Shown here in pieces: positions 59,889-64,000 of a DNA stretch of 64,000 nucleotides. How positions within the stretch are numbered: position 1 is the stretch's first letter; each line of letters starts with the position of its first letter. Position numbers and translations under genes: made by a program. This DNA comes from Acidimicrobiales bacterium (GTDB lineage: Bacteria > Actinomycetota > Acidimicrobiia > Acidimicrobiales > CADCTF01): the NCBI GenBank assembly GCA_035540495.1, contig DATLGL010000014.1, positions 8,910 through 72,909 on the forward strand, in the 5' to 3' direction. Below the pieces are notes generated by a model. It was not told where the DNA came from, ran no database searches, and saw only the letters and a list, made by a program, of their open reading frames with translations.

Positions 59889-60603
59889 CGACGATCTCGA
59901 TCCGGATGCGCTTGTTCGCCTTGCCCTTCGATTCGGTCTTCACGACCCGGATGCGGCCGACCTCGTCGGTGGTGCGGACGTGGGTGCCGCCGTCGGCCTG
60001 CTTGTCGAGGCCGACGATGTCGACGACGCGGATCTCCTGCACCGACTCGGGGATCAGGTTGACCTTCGTGCGGATGAGGTCGGGATCGGCGAGGGCCGCA
60101 GGACGGTCGAGGAACTCGACGTTGATCGGCCGGGCCGCGGCGAGCTCCTCGTTCACCCGCTTCTCGATCGTCTCGCCGAACGCCGGGGGCAGCGGGTCGA
60201 ACTCGAAGTCCATGCGTGCCGACAGCGGCTCCATGTTGCCGCCGGTGACGGCCTTGCCGTACTCGTTCCAGATCACGCCGCACAGCACGTGCAGCGCGGT
60301 GTGGGTGCGCATGAGCTGGTGGCGACGGTCCCAGTCGATCTCGCCGTGCACCGTGTCGCCGGCCGCCGGAAGCGCCGCGCCGTCGCTCACCTCGACCGTG
60401 TGCCACACGTCGGCGCCCTCGCGCTTCACCGACGTGACCCGGAGGCCGCCGAGCGTCCCGGTGTCGTGAGGCTGCCCACCGCCGGTGTAGTAGAAGGCCG
60501 TTCGGTCGAGTGCGACGCGCGAGCCCTCGACGTCGACGGCGACGACCGTCGCGTCGAACTCCCGCAGGTACGCGTCGCTCAGGTAGAGCAGCTCGGTGGC
60601 CAC
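59875..60603 (-). CDS. alaX: Alanyl-tRNA editing protein AlaX-M
   Basis: LYLSDAY, TAFYYTGGGQPHDTG, MRTHTALH, QADGGTHV. Confidence 0.9.
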   Translation of the reverse strand: MATELLYLSDAYLREFDATVVAVDVEGSRVALDRTAFYYTGGGQPHDTGTLGGLRVTSVKREGADVWHTVEVSDGAALPAAGDTVHGEIDWDRRHQLMRTHTALHVLCGVIWNEYGKAVTGGNMEPLSARMDFEFDPLPPAFGETIEKRVNEELAAARPINVEFLDRPAALADPDLIRTKVNLIPESVQEIRVVDIVGLDKQADGGTHVRTTDEVGRIRVVKTESKGKANKRIRIEIVDADG

Positions 60604-60639
60604 GACGGCTCATTCTTGCCGCGACGAGACGGCGCACGG

Positions 60640-63600
60640 TCAGAGGTTGGCGCCCGCCCTCGACGTCGCTCGGGCCTGCAGCGTCCGCGCTCGCTCGATG
60701 GGCACGACGTGCCAGAAGCTCGAGGCTGCGTCTTCCCAGTTGTCGAGGAGCGTGCGAGCGGTCGCGGAGCCGGTCAGCTCGGCTTGCTGCTCGACGAGCC
60801 AGCGGAGCTCCTCGAGCGGCCCGGCTTCGGGTCGCAGCGCCTCGACCAGACCGGCGTTGAGGCGTCCCGGCAGCTCGACCGCGGGATCGTGCACGAACAG
60901 CTGCCCGCCCGTCATGCCCGCGCCGACGTTGTCGCCGATCGGACCGAGCACGACGACGGTGCCGCCCGTCATGTACTCGCAGACGTGGTCGCCCGCGCCC
61001 TCGACGACCGCCGTCGCCCCGGAGTTGCGCACCGCGAAGCGCTCCCCGACGGACCCGGCGATGAACAACCGTCCACCGGTCGCGCCGTAGAGGCACGTGT
61101 TGCCGGCGAGCACCGGTGCGCCTGCGTCTCCCGCGGGAGGACGGATCGAGATGCACCCGCCGGCCATGCCTTTGCCGACGTAGTCGTTGGCCTCGCCGAC
61201 GAGCTCGAGCTCGATGCCGTGCGACAGGAACGCGCCGAAGCTCTGCCCCGCCTCGCCGTCGAAACGGGCGACGACGCGGCCTCGAGGCACGCGGTCGCCG
61301 AACTCGATGGCGAGCGCGCCGGCGAGCGATGCGCCGACCGTGCGGTCGGCGTTGGTGATCGCGTAGGCGACGTGGAGGTCGTCGCCGTCCCACACCGCGC
61401 GATAGGCGTCGGCCCGAAGCTGGTCGCCCAGTGTCGACCGAGGCTGCTGGAGGTCGATGCCCTCGACGAAGCGTCGCGCCACCCCTGACGCGACAGGCGG
61501 CCGCAGCAGCGGCGACAGGTCGACGGTGTCGGCGCGCTCGTCGCCCGTCGCACGCTGGCGCAGGCACTCCACCCGGCCGATCGCCTCGTCGAGCGAACGA
61601 AGGCCGAGTGAGGCGAGCAGCGTCCGCACCTCTTGCGCGACGAAGACCATGAACGCGGCGACGCCCTCGGGCGTGCCCGCGAAGTTCTTCCGAAGCTCCG
61701 GTCGCTGCGTGGCGATGCCGGGCTTGCACGTGTCCTTGTGACACGACCGCAGCATGATGCAGCCCTCGGCGATCATCGCCGCGGTGCCGAACGAGAACTC
61801 GTCGGCGCCGAGCAGCGCGGCGACCATCACGTCGCGGCCGGTGAGCAGTCCACCGTCGACGCGCAGCCGCACCCGCGAGCGCAGCTCGTTCTCGACGAGG
61901 ACCTGCTGCGCCTCGGCAAGACCGAGCTCCCACGGCATCCCCGCGTGCTTGATCGACGACAACGGCGACGCGCCGGTGCCGCCGTTGAAGCCGCTGATCT
62001 GCACCACGTCGGCCAGCGCCTTCACCACGCCGGCCGCGATCGTGCCGACGCCGTCTTCCGCGACGAGCTTCACGGAGACGGCGGCGAACGGGTTCACCTG
62101 CTTGAGGTCGAAGATCAGCTGCGCGAGGTCTTCGATGGAGTAGATGTCGTGATGGGGCGGCGGCGAGATGAGCGTCACACCGGGCTGCGTGTGGCGCAGG
62201 CGCGCGATCTCGTCGCTGACCTTGTTCCCCGGCAGCTGCCCGCCCTCGCCCGGCTTCGACCCCTGCGCCATCTTGATCTGCAGCTCGTCGGCGAACGACA
62301 GGTACTCCGGCGTCACGCCGAAGCGCCCGGATGCGATCTGCTTGATCTTCGAGTTCTTGTCGCCCGTCGCCTGGCCACGGGTGCGGTAGCGGGACGGGTC
62401 TTCGCCACCCTCACCGCAGTTCGACGCTCCACCGACGAGGTTCATCGCCTCGGCCAGCGTCTCGTGCGCCTCCCGCGACAGCGACCCGTGCGACATCGCG
62501 CCGGTCGAGAAGCGACGGACGATCGTCTCCACCGGCTCGACCTCGTCGACGTCGATCACCGGCCCCGCCGGTACGAGCTCGAGGAAGTCGCGCACCTCGA
62601 CCGGCGGGCGGGAGTGAACGAGCGACGTGTAGCTGTCGTACACGTCGTCGCTGCCCTCGCGGATCGCACGCTGAAGGAGATGAGCGGCGGCGGTGCCCTG
62701 CAGCGCGTCGACGACCTGCTTGTTCTTCGTGTGGTACTCGCCGCCCCGCTTCGTGCCCTTGTCGCGGAAGAAGCCAGGGCTCAGCGGCTTGTCGGCGGCG
62801 GCGAGGGCGCGCAGGTCGTCCGCGAGATCGTCCCAGCCGATGCCACCGATCACCGACGGGGTGCCGCGGAAGCAGACGTCGATGATCTCTCGGCCGAGAC
62901 CCACCGCCTCGAAGATCTGCGCGCCGCGGTAGGAGTCGACGGTCGAGATGCCCATCTTCGAGAGGATCTTGAGGACGCCGTCTTCGAGCGCGCCCTGCAG
63001 GTTCTCCTGCGCCTCCGGGCCGGACAGGTCGGACGTGTCGTCCTGGTCGGCGTCGTGTCCGACGGTTTCGAGCGCGAGGCGGGGGCAGATGGCGTCCGCG
63101 CCATAGCCGAGGAGGCAGGCGACGTGATGGACGTCGCGCGCGTCGTCGGCGATCACGATGATGCTCGTCAACGAGCGCAGCCCGGCGGAGATGAGCCGGT
63201 GGTGGACGGCGCCGACAGCAAGCAACGACGGGACCGGCGCTTGCGAGTCACCGTCGTACGTCGACGCGTGCCGGAGCACCAGCAGCCCGGCTTCGCCCGC
63301 ACCGACCGCGCGCTCTGCCTCGGCGGCGATCGACGCGACGGCGTCGCGCAGCGCATCGTCCGCATCGGGATCGAACGTGAGGTCGAGCGTGGTGACCGGG
63401 AACGGCGACGACGCTTCGAGGTCGTCGACGGCATCGGGATAGAGGAAGAACGAGTCGAGAGCGATCAAACGGGCCGCCTCGGGCGACTCCACCAGCAGCG
63501 GCGCGCGCGGCCCGAGCAGCGTGCGGAGGCTCATCACGGAGCGTTCGCGAAGGTGGTCGATGGGCGGGTTCGTCACCTGGGCGAAGCGCTGCTTGAGGAA

Positions 63601-64000
63601 GTGGTGGATCGGCCGCGGCCATCCCGCCACGTGCGGCAGGGGCGAGTCGTCGCCCATCGAGTAGGTGGGTTCCTTGGCGTTCTGGGCCATGGGCTTCAGC
63701 ACCAGACGAAGCTCCTCGTCGGTGTAGCCGTGGATCGCGTGGCGGCGCGTCAGGAGGTCGTCGTCGCCGGTGGTCGCCACCGGCGTGCCTTCGCTCCCGT
63801 CGCTGATCCCGTCGGCGACCCATCTCCCGTACGGCCGGCGCGTCGCGAGCCAGTTCTTGCAGTCGCCGTCGAGCAGCACGCCACGCTCGGGATCGACGAA
63901 GAGCATCTGCCCCGGCCCCAGCCGCCCGCGCGTCACGGTGCCGTGGCCGTGGACGTCGACCGCGCCGGCCTCGGAGCACGCGACGACGAGCCCGTCCTCG
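60640..64000 (-). CDS. gltB: Glutamate synthase large subunit, 5' end beyond window
   Basis: FAQVTNPPID, GAMSHGSLS, KQIASGRFGV, IKMAQGSKPGEGGQLPG, ISPPPHHDIYSIEDL, CIMLRSCHKDTC, GERFAVRNSG. Confidence 0.96.
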   Translation of the reverse strand, partial: EDGLVVACSEAGAVDVHGHGTVTRGRLGPGQMLFVDPERGVLLDGDCKNWLATRRPYGRWVADGISDGSEGTPVATTGDDDLLTRRHAIHGYTDEELRLVLKPMAQNAKEPTYSMGDDSPLPHVAGWPRPIHHFLKQRFAQVTNPPIDHLRERSVMSLRTLLGPRAPLLVESPEAARLIALDSFFLYPDAVDDLEASSPFPVTTLDLTFDPDADDALRDAVASIAAEAERAVGAGEAGLLVLRHASTYDGDSQAPVPSLLAVGAVHHRLISAGLRSLTSIIVIADDARDVHHVACLLGYGADAICPRLALETVGHDADQDDTSDLSGPEAQENLQGALEDGVLKILSKMGISTVDSYRGAQIFEAVGLGREIIDVCFRGTPSVIGGIGWDDLADDLRALAAADKPLSPGFFRDKGTKRGGEYHTKNKQVVDALQGTAAAHLLQRAIREGSDDVYDSYTSLVHSRPPVEVRDFLELVPAGPVIDVDEVEPVETIVRRFSTGAMSHGSLSREAHETLAEAMNLVGGASNCGEGGEDPSRYRTRGQATGDKNSKIKQIASGRFGVTPEYLSFADELQIKMAQGSKPGEGGQLPGNKVSDEIARLRHTQPGVTLISPPPHHDIYSIEDLAQLIFDLKQVNPFAAVSVKLVAEDGVGTIAAGVVKALADVVQISGFNGGTGASPLSSIKHAGMPWELGLAEAQQVLVENELRSRVRLRVDGGLLTGRDVMVAALLGADEFSFGTAAMIAEGCIMLRSCHKDTCKPGIATQRPELRKNFAGTPEGVAAFMVFVAQEVRTLLASLGLRSLDEAIGRVECLRQRATGDERADTVDLSPLLRPPVASGVARRFVEGIDLQQPRSTLGDQLRADAYRAVWDGDDLHVAYAITNADRTVGASLAGALAIEFGDRVPRGRVVARFDGEAGQSFGAFLSHGIELELVGEANDYVGKGMAGGCISIRPPAGDAGAPVLAGNTCLYGATGGRLFIAGSVGERFAVRNSGATAVVEGAGDHVCEYMTGGTVVVLGPIGDNVGAGMTGGQLFVHDPAVELPGRLNAGLVEALRPEAGPLEELRWLVEQQAELTGSATARTLLDNWEDAASSFWHVVPIERARTLQARATSRAGANL

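Noticed and set aside
59524-61933. Long alternative-frame ORFs (654 aa +, 783 aa -)
   Set aside because: Overlap larE/alaX/gltB, which carry clear family motifs; low-complexity Arg/Ala content

Overview
High-GC actinobacterial DNA, most likely Acidimicrobiia (inferred from a six-copy GYWLVAxDGGIFxFGDA repeat protein and an amt-glnK-glnD operon with GlnR boxes). 1-21.7 kb: a surface-polysaccharide locus with many glycosyltransferases (including a GT2-GT4-GT4 triple fusion and an exostosin/GT47-like enzyme), two methyltransferases, Wzm/Wzt, a Wzc-like kinase, a priming transferase and DUF4012. 21.8-33 kb: secreted or surface proteins, a DUF222-HNH gene, and a regulator/MBL-fold gene pair. 33-51 kb: a signalling-dense island. 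Its most striking element is a secreted S8 subtilase ending in 17 (S)WTG(T) pentapeptide repeats, lying 3 nt upstream of a multi-TM GAF-GGDEF-EAL protein. A c-di-GMP-II riboswitch and a c-di-GMP-I riboswitch nearby each precede a secreted or surface protein, and several two-component proteins are also present. 51-64 kb: nitrogen and housekeeping genes (glnD, glnK, amt, an NADH oxidase/CoA-disulfide reductase-like gene, AbiEi-DUF559, NIL, larE, alaX, partial gltB). I saw no rRNA, tRNA, CRISPR array or transposase. All calls come from reading motifs by eye; no database search was run, and many start codons are best guesses.
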